DNA of 63,574 bases, the filler included, from Candidatus Woesearchaeota archaeon (GTDB lineage: Archaea > Nanobdellota > Nanobdellia > Woesearchaeales > GCA-2687795), in NCBI GenBank assembly GCA_030753365.1. It is 5 parts of 5 records of this genome, joined end to end, with 100 filler letters (N's around TTAATTAATTAA, not from the genome) between each part and the next. Parts side by side here need not be neighbours in the genome. Positions count along the whole stretch, not along the records: positions 10,269 to 41,429 come from JASMCJ010000028.1; 4 more parts are not named here. The stretch is one strand, 5' to 3'. The position numbers were made by a program, and so were the translations under genes. The notes under the pieces are model-generated. The model was not told the DNA's origin and searched no databases. It saw nothing but the letters and a program-made list of their open reading frames with translations. Shown piece after piece: positions 19,945 through 28,881 of the stretch (position 1 is its first letter; every line of letters begins with the position of its first letter).

Positions 19945-20556
19945 CTATTTCCCAAAAACATCATTTATTTTGTTTAGGAATTTATTATAAAATTCATTAA
20001 TTGACTCTTTAAATGATAAAGCCTCTTCATCTTTTAAAGTCTCATATTCTTCTTCTTTATAATCTATAATTTTAACTGTTAGACCTTCAGTATCTACTAC
20101 TGTTCTTGTGTTACGGTTTGTTATGCCTCCTGCTCTCTGAATAGCATTATTTGCACTAATATCTAAATCATCTGGTTCTTCAATTCCACGTAAACCTTCA
20201 CTATCCATTAAAACTCCTTCTAGTGTACTTACTGGACCTTCAGTGAATATAATTCTCTCAGGAATTCTGTCTTTTCCTATATCGTATAGAGATGTTCCTT
20301 TCTCTTCTGATTTTTTTTTGAATATCATAAACCAAGAGCCTATTTTTATAGAATAATCTCCGCTTTTTAGTTCATAAACATTTCCTTGACTTATTCCATT
20401 TAAATTATACTCAAAAACCTGTGTTTGAGGGTTGCTTTTTACAGATTCTTCTAAAGCCCTTAATTCAGGGTCTTGGCTGTCTTTCCCATAAAGAGCTGAA
20501 GCTGCTAATAGCATTCCTACGTACAATATTGTTTTTATTTTGCCTGGTCCTTTCAT
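19945..20556 (-). CDS. Hypothetical secreted protein
   Basis: N-terminal signal-like segment; no motif recognised. Confidence 0.55.
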   Translation of the reverse strand: MKGPGKIKTILYVGMLLAASALYGKDSQDPELRALEESVKSNPQTQVFEYNLNGISQGNVYELKSGDYSIKIGSWFMIFKKKSEEKGTSLYDIGKDRIPERIIFTEGPVSTLEGVLMDSEGLRGIEEPDDLDISANNAIQRAGGITNRNTRTVVDTEGLTVKIIDYKEEEYETLKDEEALSFKESINEFYNKFLNKINDVFGK

Positions 20557-20703
20557 AGTATAATCACATAGCCAGTAAAGGTTTACCTGTTTATAAACCT
20601 TTCGGTTTTGTTACCTCTTAGAAGGAGCAAATAATGTGTTTTAGACTCTTAGAGGGCAACTTATAATTTTAAGGTTAATAACAGAAATGAGTTATAAAAA
20701 AAG

Positions 20704-20819
20704 AAGGGACAGCTTCCTTGGGTTCCCATATAAAATACAGTACAACCAAAGACGTTGGCTTGTTTAACTTCTGAGTTCGAAATGAGATCAGGTGGAACCA
20801 AGCCACTATGACCGTCCTC
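20704..20819 (-). rRNA. rrf: 5S rRNA (stand-alone)
   Basis: Minus strand GGACGGTCATAGTGG...CCACCTGATCTCATTTCGAACTCAGAAGTTAA...GCTGTCC; helix I ends pair; TATA-like box about 25 nt upstream; ends approximate. Confidence 0.93.
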
Positions 20820-20911
20820 ATGCTTTAATAATCTGATTTTGTTTATAAAGGTAACTGATTTAAGCGCTTAAAAAGCAAACTTTTTAATGGAGATAGTTTT
20901 TTTGTATTAAA

Positions 20912-21823
20912 ATGATTAATTATTTTAAGAAGACGCCAAAGGATGAGAGCCTTAGAAAACTTAGCAAGTTTGAGAAAGGATGCTGGATTGAGGTAATTGA
21001 CCCTTCAGAAAAGGAGTTAAGTTATCTTCACAAAACTTTTGATTTAGACAAACAAAACCTTATTTCTGGAACTGATAAAAATGAAGTTCCAAGGGTTGAG
21101 TTTGATGATAAAGATTTGTATGTTATACTAAAGATAATTTCTCCAGATGATAAAAAAGAATTGCATACTTTTTTGATAATCATAACGAACGATTTTGTGC
21201 TGACTTTGTCTGAACATAGGCCGGATTTTATGGAGAAAATCTTTGAAGACAAAATAGGGGTCATAACTACTCAAAAACCGAAGTGCCTTTTGAAATTGTT
21301 TTCATTGATAAACAAGGATTTTGAGAGGTCAACGCTTGCGGTGGTGAGGTCGGTTAACACAAAGAGGGAAGCTATAACTAATTTATCTGACAGAGACATA
21401 AAAGCATTGCTTGAGCAGGAAAGCATACTTAACAATTTCGTTTCGTCGTATCATTATATTAATCTTTTATATCAAAGAATAGTAAAGAATGTGAAATTTT
21501 TTGAGGAAGATAAAGAGTTTATAAAGGATTTGATTATTGAATCGCAGCAGGGGCTTGACCTTTGTAAATCTTCATTGAGAACTATATCTAATATGAGGGA
21601 CCATTTTGTGATATTATTATCCAATAAGCTTAATAGAGTGATTACTTTGCTTACAATATTTACAGTGTTCATAAGCGTGCCTGCAGCAATATCGGGCATT
21701 TATGGAATGAATCTTGGACTGCCTTTGCAGAATAATCCTTTTGCTTTTTATTATCTTGCGGCCCTGATTGTGGTTATATGGATAGGGTTTATAGTATTTT
21801 TTAAGAAGAATAGAATTCTTTAG
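20912..21823 (+). CDS. corA: CorA-family Mg2+/Co2+ transporter
   Basis: YGMN signature between two C-terminal TMs. Confidence 0.92.
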   Translation: MINYFKKTPKDESLRKLSKFEKGCWIEVIDPSEKELSYLHKTFDLDKQNLISGTDKNEVPRVEFDDKDLYVILKIISPDDKKELHTFLIIITNDFVLTLSEHRPDFMEKIFEDKIGVITTQKPKCLLKLFSLINKDFERSTLAVVRSVNTKREAITNLSDRDIKALLEQESILNNFVSSYHYINLLYQRIVKNVKFFEEDKEFIKDLIIESQQGLDLCKSSLRTISNMRDHFVILLSNKLNRVITLLTIFTVFISVPAAISGIYGMNLGLPLQNNPFAFYYLAALIVVIWIGFIVFFKKNRIL

Positions 21824-21876
21824 ATTGAGAAATATAAATAAAGTTTATTAATCATTATTTGATTATATAATTTAAA

Positions 21877-22866
21877 ATGCACAAAATAAAACAACAACCT
21901 GAGGATTTCATTGTGAAGGAAGTAAGCAATGTAGATGTTAATGGTACTGGCGAGTATAATTATTTCACTTTGAAAAAGGAGAATTATGGAACTCTCAGGG
22001 CAGTTGAAACTATTGCAAAATCTTTAAGGATTCCTGTTAAATTCATTGGATTTGCTGGCAATAAAGATAAGGTGGCTGTTACAGAACAGGTTGTTTCTGT
22101 TAAAAGTAGAAGTAGGAAAGAAGTTGAAAGGTTGAAATTAAAAGATATAAAGTTAGTTTACTTAGGAGAGGGAAAAAAGCCTGTTTCTTTAGGTGATTTA
22201 TTGGGTAATGAGTTTGTGATTACTGTGAGAAATCTTACTAATAAAGAATTGAGAAGTTTTGAGGAGAAGGTTGGAAAAAAGTTATTAGTTCCTAATTATT
22301 TTGGGGAGCAGAGATTTTCTGATAATAATCAGGTTATTGGGAAATGCATTGTTAAAAAAGATTTTAAGAAAGCGGTTGAATTAATCTTAGAAAGTAATTC
22401 TGATTATAAAAGAGAAATTAATGATATTTTGAAGAAGAATAAGAATGATTTTGTGGGAGCTTTAAGAGCAGTAAATAAAAAGTTGTTGAAGCTTTATGTG
22501 CATGCATACCAATCTTTTATATGGAATGAAACTGTTGAAAAATATATTAAGAAAAATGGACTGAAAGATGTTAAGATTCCTATAATTGGGTTTGGAACAG
22601 AAATAAATGATAAGGAAATAGAAAGTATTGTTTCAAATATAATGGAAAGAGAAGAGTTAACTTCAAGGGATTTTATCATAAGAGAGTTGCCGGAGCTTAG
22701 CGTTGAAGGCAAGGAAAGAAACATGGTTGTAAAACCTGATAATTTTGAGGTTAATAACAAAGGGAAGGATAAGCTGAATAAAGGTAAGAGTAAAGTTGTG
22801 TTAAGCTTTAGGCTTCCTAAGGGCTGTTATGCTACGATTGTTATTGAGTGGCTGTTTAATAGCTAG
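21877..22866 (+). CDS. truD: tRNA pseudouridine(13) synthase
   Basis: PEDF.V.E, AGNKDK.AVTEQ, GNEF, PNYFGEQRF, F.LPKG.YAT. Confidence 0.95.
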   Translation: MHKIKQQPEDFIVKEVSNVDVNGTGEYNYFTLKKENYGTLRAVETIAKSLRIPVKFIGFAGNKDKVAVTEQVVSVKSRSRKEVERLKLKDIKLVYLGEGKKPVSLGDLLGNEFVITVRNLTNKELRSFEEKVGKKLLVPNYFGEQRFSDNNQVIGKCIVKKDFKKAVELILESNSDYKREINDILKKNKNDFVGALRAVNKKLLKLYVHAYQSFIWNETVEKYIKKNGLKDVKIPIIGFGTEINDKEIESIVSNIMEREELTSRDFIIRELPELSVEGKERNMVVKPDNFEVNNKGKDKLNKGKSKVVLSFRLPKGCYATIVIEWLFNS

Positions 22867-22910
22867 AATATCCCATACTTTTTTATAGAATAATCTCCTT
22901 CTAAAGTGTT

Positions 22911-24605
22911 ATGAGCAAGATAAAAGCAATCATATTTGACCTTGATGATACACTGTATGATACAACAGCGCAGCGTATTGATAAAGCGTTGAAAGCTGCA
23001 GTTGAAGCTATGGTCAAAAGTGGGCTTAACTGCTCAGTTGAAGATGGCTTTAGGGCTATAAAAGAGATAATTAAGAAGAACCCTTTAGGAGAGAGATTTT
23101 TGAAGCTTGCAGAACAGCATAATGCTGATGAAGCTGTTTGCGAAATAGGGAAAAAGGCATATTATGGTTTTGAATCAGATGAACTCTCACTTTTTCCTGG
23201 AGTAAGGGAACTTCTTAAAAAGTTAAAAAAGGATTATACGTTGATTTTAGTAACTTTTGGAGAGCCTAAGACGCAGAATAAAAAAGTTGAGCTGCTTGGC
23301 ATAAAAGAATTGTTTGATATATCCTTAATAACGCAGAATCCTGATAAGGAAGAAGTTTTTCTTGAAGCGTTGGATAAGATTGGCATTAAGCAGAATAGGA
23401 TTTTGTGTGTCGGTGATAGGATTGATTCTGAGATAAGGATTGCAAACAAGCTAGGGATGACTACTGTGAGGATTATGCATGGGATGTATCAGAATCTTAA
23501 AGCAAAATCAGCTCTTGAAAACCCGGATTTTACAATTAAGAATCTTAAAGAAATAGAGAATATCCTGAAGAACATAGAAATCAATGAAAGCAAGCTTGAG
23601 AAAGGGCCTTCAATAACGCTTATAGGCGGCGGAACAGGTATTCCTACATTGATAGAAGGACTGAAAAAATATACTTATAACATTGCATCAATAATAACTA
23701 TTACAGATGAAGGAAGAAGCTCAGGAATGCTTAGGAAAGAGCTTAAAATTCTTCCGCCGGGAGATGTGAGAAATAATATCATTGCGTTATCTGATTCTGA
23801 GAAACTGTTGCATGATTTATTGCAGTATAGATTTGACACTGGCTCTTTGAATGGCCATACTGTAGGAAATGTATTATTGGCAGCATTGACTAAGATAACA
23901 GGAAATTTTCAGGAAGGGATTAAAGAATTGAGCAAAATACTTAATCTTAAAGGAGGGGTTTTTCCTTCAACATTGGAAGATACGCATATTTGTGCAAAGC
24001 TGGAGGATTCTACAGTGCTTAAGAATGAGCAGGAGATTGTTATAAAAGGTAAAAGGATTCAGACTGTTAAAAGGAATCCTATAAAAGAGGTTTTTATTGA
24101 GCCTGAAGATGTGAAAGGCAATCCTTCTGCTGTTGAGAATATTAAGGATGCTGATATTATTGTTATAGGACCTGGCTCACTGATTACAAGCGTTATGCCT
24201 AACCTGTTGATAAAAGATATAAAGAAAGCAATTAAAGATTCAAAAGCCAAGAAGGTTTATGTTTGTAATATTGTGACGCAACCTGGGCAGACAGAAGATT
24301 TTACTGCCGCTGACCATTTGAGGTTTATTGAGAAGTACCTTGGCAAAGGAGTGGTGGATTATATTGTGTTAAATAATGAGATGCCAAGCAAAAAGCTGAT
24401 AGAACAGTATGAGAAGGATAAGTCTTATATTGTGAAGAATGATATTGAAGAGATCAAGAAGATAGGCGTGGTTCCTATAGAAGGAGAGCTTATAGAAGAT
24501 ATAGATGGGAAAAAGATTCTTTGGGAAAAGACATATTTATTAAGGCATGATTCTAATAAGGTTGCTGAATTGATTGTTTCAGTTTATAATAATGGCAGGA
24601 AATGA
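22911..24605 (+). CDS. HAD hydrolase fused to a YvcK/GlmR (CofD-like) domain
   Basis: N-half FDLDDTL and VGDR; C-half IGGGTG, DEGRSSG.LR, PPGDVRN, GPGSL.TS..PNL, LLRHD. Confidence 0.88.
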   Translation: MSKIKAIIFDLDDTLYDTTAQRIDKALKAAVEAMVKSGLNCSVEDGFRAIKEIIKKNPLGERFLKLAEQHNADEAVCEIGKKAYYGFESDELSLFPGVRELLKKLKKDYTLILVTFGEPKTQNKKVELLGIKELFDISLITQNPDKEEVFLEALDKIGIKQNRILCVGDRIDSEIRIANKLGMTTVRIMHGMYQNLKAKSALENPDFTIKNLKEIENILKNIEINESKLEKGPSITLIGGGTGIPTLIEGLKKYTYNIASIITITDEGRSSGMLRKELKILPPGDVRNNIIALSDSEKLLHDLLQYRFDTGSLNGHTVGNVLLAALTKITGNFQEGIKELSKILNLKGGVFPSTLEDTHICAKLEDSTVLKNEQEIVIKGKRIQTVKRNPIKEVFIEPEDVKGNPSAVENIKDADIIVIGPGSLITSVMPNLLIKDIKKAIKDSKAKKVYVCNIVTQPGQTEDFTAADHLRFIEKYLGKGVVDYIVLNNEMPSKKLIEQYEKDKSYIVKNDIEEIKKIGVVPIEGELIEDIDGKKILWEKTYLLRHDSNKVAELIVSVYNNGRK

Positions 24606-25309
24606 TTATGAAAGCGGTGATTCTTGCAGGCGGGCAGGGTATGAGGCTTCTTCCTTTAACGGAAGAGACTCCTAAAGTTTTGGTTGAGATAGGAGGAAAA
24701 CCTTTTCTTTATTATCTGCTTAACAATGTTGTTAAGGCAGGATTTGATAAGATTGCTATAGTTGTAAGGTTTAAGAAAGAGAAGATAAAGAAATTCTTAA
24801 AGGATTATGGATTTGAAGTGACTTTGATAGAGCAGAAGGAACATCTTGGGACAGCGGATGCAATTAAAAGCACTGAAAAGTTTGTTGGAAATGAAAATTT
24901 TGTGTGTATCCATGGAGATAACCTTTTCTCTGTTAATGACCTTAAACAGATGAAGATTGATGATGAGCATTGTTATGTTGCAGGGTTGAAACATAAGAAT
25001 CCTGAAAAGTATGGTGTCTTGGTAACAGATGAAAAGAAGTTTTTGGTTTCAATGCCTGAAAAGCCTAAGAAGTTTGTTGGAGATGTTATCAATGCAGGGT
25101 TGTACATGTTTACTCCAGAGATATTTGGTGCTGTTAAGAAGATAGATAAATCTTCAAGAGGAGAGTTTGAGATTAATGATGCTATTATGCTTCTTGCAAA
25201 AGAGAAAAAGGTTAAGGTGAAGAAACTTGATGATTTCTGGCTGGATTTAGGGAATAAGGAGGATATCGTTAGCATTGAAAGTTTTGTGAGAGAAGGGAAG
25301 CATAGGTGA
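24602..25309 (+). CDS. Sugar-phosphate nucleotidyltransferase
   Basis: AVILAGGQGMRLLPLT..PK, GTADA, EKP, SSRGEFEI. Confidence 0.9.
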   Translation: MIMKAVILAGGQGMRLLPLTEETPKVLVEIGGKPFLYYLLNNVVKAGFDKIAIVVRFKKEKIKKFLKDYGFEVTLIEQKEHLGTADAIKSTEKFVGNENFVCIHGDNLFSVNDLKQMKIDDEHCYVAGLKHKNPEKYGVLVTDEKKFLVSMPEKPKKFVGDVINAGLYMFTPEIFGAVKKIDKSSRGEFEINDAIMLLAKEKKVKVKKLDDFWLDLGNKEDIVSIESFVREGKHR

Positions 25310-25313
25310 TAAA

Positions 25314-25493
25314 ATGGCAGAAATACAAGAACATTCTACAAAAAAATGGGAAGTATCTATAGCGGAAGTAGAAAATGGTGTAGGAAAACTGTATAAGGTA
25401 ACCAAGCATGTTCCTGATTTGTCTGTATCTGAAACAAAAGTGTTTCGTTCAAAGGAAGAAGCGAAGAAACAGTTTGATGAATGGTTAAAATAA
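25314..25493 (+). CDS. Small hypothetical protein, 59 aa (below the ORF-track cutoff)
   Basis: Read manually: MAEIQEHSTKKWEVSIAEV...FRSKEEAKKQFDEWLK; GGTGA RBS just upstream; fills the intergenic gap. Confidence 0.7.
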   Translation: MAEIQEHSTKKWEVSIAEVENGVGKLYKVTKHVPDLSVSETKVFRSKEEAKKQFDEWLK

Positions 25494-25790
25494 CTTATTG
25501 ACTTTAGATTTTAATGCCTTAATTAATTCTGGTTGGTTAAAAGTGTAAATATCTGGTATCTCTAAGGAAAGAATACGTTTTTGCATATAATGTTGAGGGA
25601 ATCTTTTGGATATCTCAGTTCTTTGAATGTCTTCCATAACCATGATAGTATCAGCCCAGGATACTTGCTTCTCAGTGACAGGCTTTCCATTGTAAAGGCC
25701 AGCTGATTTGGTATCGAACTTGTTTTTGAATATGTCTTCAGCTGTTTTGCTTCTGTTCTGGTTTTGGTTGCAGATGAATAATACGTTCAT
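25485..25790 (-). CDS. Low-molecular-weight protein-tyrosine-phosphatase-like protein
   Basis: VLFICNQNQNRS (Cx5R), SAG, WAD, IPD. Confidence 0.85.
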   Translation of the reverse strand: MNVLFICNQNQNRSKTAEDIFKNKFDTKSAGLYNGKPVTEKQVSWADTIMVMEDIQRTEISKRFPQHYMQKRILSLEIPDIYTFNQPELIKALKSKVNKLF

Positions 25791-25832
25791 AGTAAAATAT
25801 ATATACGTTCAAACAATATAAATTTTACTAAA

Positions 25833-26459
25833 ATGGTAAAAGCAGTAATATTTGACATGGATGGTGTGATTATAGACAGTGAAGGTCTTGACATGGAAGT
25901 GAAACAAGCCTTGTTGAAGGAGTTTAAGCTTAAGATTTCTAAGAAAAAGATAATTGAGAAGACAGGGGAGACTGCAAGGGATTTCTTTGCTTATGTTAAC
26001 AAGCTGAATAATACAAACTTTGATGTTGAGATGTTGATTGAGAGAAAAATGAGCCTTCAGAGGAAGATTTTCAGGGATAAATTGAGGCTTTTTCCGTATG
26101 TTAAGGAGTTTTTAAGGGAACTTAAGAAGAATAAGGTTAAGATTGCGCTTGCTTCTTCAAGTAGAATGGAGAAAATAGAATTTGTATTGAATCTTTTAAG
26201 GCTTAGAGGGAAGTTTGATGTAATAGTTAGTGCAGATGATGTTAAGAAAGGGAAGCCAAACCCTGAAATCTTCCTTAAAGCTGCAAAAAGGCTGAGAATT
26301 AAGCCTAAAGATTGTGTTGTGATAGAGGATTCTGTGCATGGTGTGAGGGCTGCTAAAAGAGCGAAGATGTATTGTATAGGAGTTACTAACACATTTAGCA
26401 GAGATAAGCTGAAAGAGGCTGATTTGGTTGTTGAGAGCTTGAGAGAGGTTAGTGTGTAA
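25833..26459 (+). CDS. HAD-family phosphatase (beta-PGM-like)
   Basis: FDMDGV, GKPNPEIF, IEDS..G..AA. Confidence 0.9.
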   Translation: MVKAVIFDMDGVIIDSEGLDMEVKQALLKEFKLKISKKKIIEKTGETARDFFAYVNKLNNTNFDVEMLIERKMSLQRKIFRDKLRLFPYVKEFLRELKKNKVKIALASSSRMEKIEFVLNLLRLRGKFDVIVSADDVKKGKPNPEIFLKAAKRLRIKPKDCVVIEDSVHGVRAAKRAKMYCIGVTNTFSRDKLKEADLVVESLREVSV

Positions 26460-26463
26460 ATAA

Positions 26464-26550
26464 TGCCCCTACCGGGATTTGAACCCGGGTCACAACCTCC
26501 GCAAGGTTGCATCATATGTAGTTAGAACATATCCACTAGACTATAGGGGC
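26464..26550 (-). tRNA. tRNA-Arg(GCG) with a 15-nt D-loop intron (about 26516-26530)
   Basis: GCCCCTA/TAGGGGC acceptor, CAACC-TT-GCG-GA-GGTTG anticodon arm, GGTTCAAATCC T arm; removing ATGTTCTAACTACAT gives a 72-nt cloverleaf. Confidence 0.9.
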
Positions 26551-26737
26551 ATATTTAAAGGGTAATTCTTAGTGCATTTATAATGGCTATTTACTACTAA
26601 CGCGTGATTAAAACAGAAATGTTTATAAATCGGCTCTTTTTATTATTAGTTATGAGCAGAATAAAACGTATTGCTAGAAGGATTAAAAGAAGTAAGGAAA
26701 AGCAGAAGATGCTTAGTCTTATACTGTTAAGACCTGG

Positions 26738-27523
26738 GTGGATAGAGATAAGAGTATTCTTTTTGTTAATGATCCTCATGGAAATATTTATGATGGTGAT
26801 TCTGAAGGAAAAACCCAGTTTGGAGATGTTGCAAATACATTCTCTAATAATGATGTTCTAGCTGGAGTGCTTGAGAAAATATTAAATGGAACAGAAGAAG
26901 AATTCACTTCTTCAAGAAATACATATATGACTCCTTCTGGAGAAGAGAGGATTGCAGACACTACTATAAGGAAACTTTATGGTGGCGCAACTATAGATAT
27001 TCGTGTTCATGATAAATCTGAGATTAAGGATGAGTTAACAGAGCTTTATAATCGTAACTTTTTTGAGCATGTACTTTTTCGTGAGATTAGTAAGGCTATG
27101 AGAGAAAAACAGCCCGTATCTTTTGTGTCTATTGATTTAGGTGAATTTAAGAAGGTTAATGATACATATGGCCATGATATAGGAGATAAGGTATTAAAAG
27201 AAACTGCTGTCTTATTGACCCGAAATACAAGAAGGGGAGATTATGTGGCAAGAATAAGCGGAGATGAGTTTGTAGTTCTCTGTCCGGATACAGATGAAAA
27301 AGGAGCGGAAAGAGTAAAGGAGAAGTTATTGTATGGACAGGTGAATCATAATGAATATATTTCTGATGATATACTAAAAATAAAGATGGATATAGGCATG
27401 GAAACAAGGAGGTTTGCAGAAGATGTTGATCCAGAAGAAGTGGTGAAACGTATGAGGAAAGAAGCGGATATAAAGATGTATGAGGAAAAAAGAAGGAGTA
27501 AAGAGGAAAAAGGCATAGATTAG
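26738..27523 (+). CDS. GGDEF-domain (diguanylate-cyclase-like) protein; start uncertain
   Basis: DELTELYNR, FKKVNDTYGHDIGD, RRGD I-site, SGDEF, ADIKMYEEK. Confidence 0.85.
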   Translation: MDRDKSILFVNDPHGNIYDGDSEGKTQFGDVANTFSNNDVLAGVLEKILNGTEEEFTSSRNTYMTPSGEERIADTTIRKLYGGATIDIRVHDKSEIKDELTELYNRNFFEHVLFREISKAMREKQPVSFVSIDLGEFKKVNDTYGHDIGDKVLKETAVLLTRNTRRGDYVARISGDEFVVLCPDTDEKGAERVKEKLLYGQVNHNEYISDDILKIKMDIGMETRRFAEDVDPEEVVKRMRKEADIKMYEEKRRSKEEKGID

Positions 27524-27638
27524 TGTTTTTGTTATTTAAAGGTGTTCTATAAGATAATTCTTTAATTCTATTAACTTTAATAGTTAGTTTTGAGAATATA
27601 AAAGTATAAAAATCCTAACTTTCTGAATTCTTAATAAA

Positions 27639-28874
27639 ATGTCTGAAATCTTATTGTTTCCTGTTAGGCCGAATGACAGCTTTGCTTCAAGGCTTGCAGA
27701 AAGTCTTAAGGAACTTGAAGCATATGGTGATGGAGATCTTAGTGACAAACTGATTAATAGGAAATTTAGCGATGGGGAATATAATCCTGTAATTACTGAA
27801 GATAACACAGACGAGCCTAATAAAAGAAGATGTGAAGATAAGGATGTGTACTTGGTGTGGAGTATTACAAGCCAAATTACACCTACTGAAAGTTTTGGAA
27901 GAGTTCTACTTCTTGCAGATGCTGCTTATAGAGAAGGAGCGGATAATGTTTACTTGGTTTTGCCTTATTATTATTTTAATAGGCAGGATATTGACCCTGC
28001 TTTGAGATATACAAAAGAGTTTGATTCTGGCAATATAGAAGATATTAAGCTAAAAAAGAAACTGGGAAAAATGGAAGGACAGCCTTTTAGCCTTGAAGTT
28101 GTTGTTAAGCATTTGCATAGCGCAGGCATAAAGAAAGTGCTGACAATGGATGACCATTCTGAGCATACAAGGGAAATTTATGAAAGAATCTATGGAAGGG
28201 ATGATGCTTATGTGAATTTAGATCCTTTGCCAGTATATGCGCATTATATACTTAATTCTTTGAGTAGAGATGTGGATTTAGGAGATAAAGGTAGTAATGT
28301 TATTCTCTTTGGTCCTGATAAAGGCTCTATGGATAAAATTGTTAAGGTTTATGACTTGCTTGACCTTGAATGTGCAACTAAACTACTTTTTGACAAAAAT
28401 AGGCTGAAAGAGAATGACCCTAATGAGATTGAGTCTGTACTTAAAGAGTGTGATGGAGACTTGTCAAACCTTTCAAATAAAGTGGTTTTAGGGTTTGATG
28501 ATCAAGGAGATAGTTTGGGAACTTTTACAAACCCTTTTATTAACTTATTTAGGAAGGAAAAGCCTAAATATATTTTTGGCTGCATATCTCATTTGATACT
28601 TCCAAATTCTGAAGCATTTACAAGGGTTTATAAAAATAGGCTTAATCTTATAGGAACAAATTCTCACCCTAATATTGCTTATCATGCAGAATTGGGAGTT
28701 TCTCAGATAACAGTTTTGGACATAACAAAGTACTTTGCTTTGGCGATGATTATGTGTGGAAAAAAAGGGAAAGACCCTTCTTTAGCTCTTAGGTATTCTA
28801 AAGAAAATTTAGATGGAGTGGGTTTTCTTTATAGTCCTTTAAAGAAAGCAAACCTAATTTCTTATTCTAAGTAA
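27639..28874 (+). CDS. Divergent ribose-phosphate pyrophosphokinase-like protein
   Basis: FSDGE, PY..F.RQD, GPDKG, DKNR, FDDQGDSLGT. Confidence 0.75.
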   Translation: MSEILLFPVRPNDSFASRLAESLKELEAYGDGDLSDKLINRKFSDGEYNPVITEDNTDEPNKRRCEDKDVYLVWSITSQITPTESFGRVLLLADAAYREGADNVYLVLPYYYFNRQDIDPALRYTKEFDSGNIEDIKLKKKLGKMEGQPFSLEVVVKHLHSAGIKKVLTMDDHSEHTREIYERIYGRDDAYVNLDPLPVYAHYILNSLSRDVDLGDKGSNVILFGPDKGSMDKIVKVYDLLDLECATKLLFDKNRLKENDPNEIESVLKECDGDLSNLSNKVVLGFDDQGDSLGTFTNPFINLFRKEKPKYIFGCISHLILPNSEAFTRVYKNRLNLIGTNSHPNIAYHAELGVSQITVLDITKYFALAMIMCGKKGKDPSLALRYSKENLDGVGFLYSPLKKANLISYSK

Positions 28875-28881
28875 ATATAAA

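Noticed and set aside
26057..26515. 152-aa minus-strand ORF
   Set aside because: Starts inside tRNA-Arg and is antisense to the HAD phosphatase.
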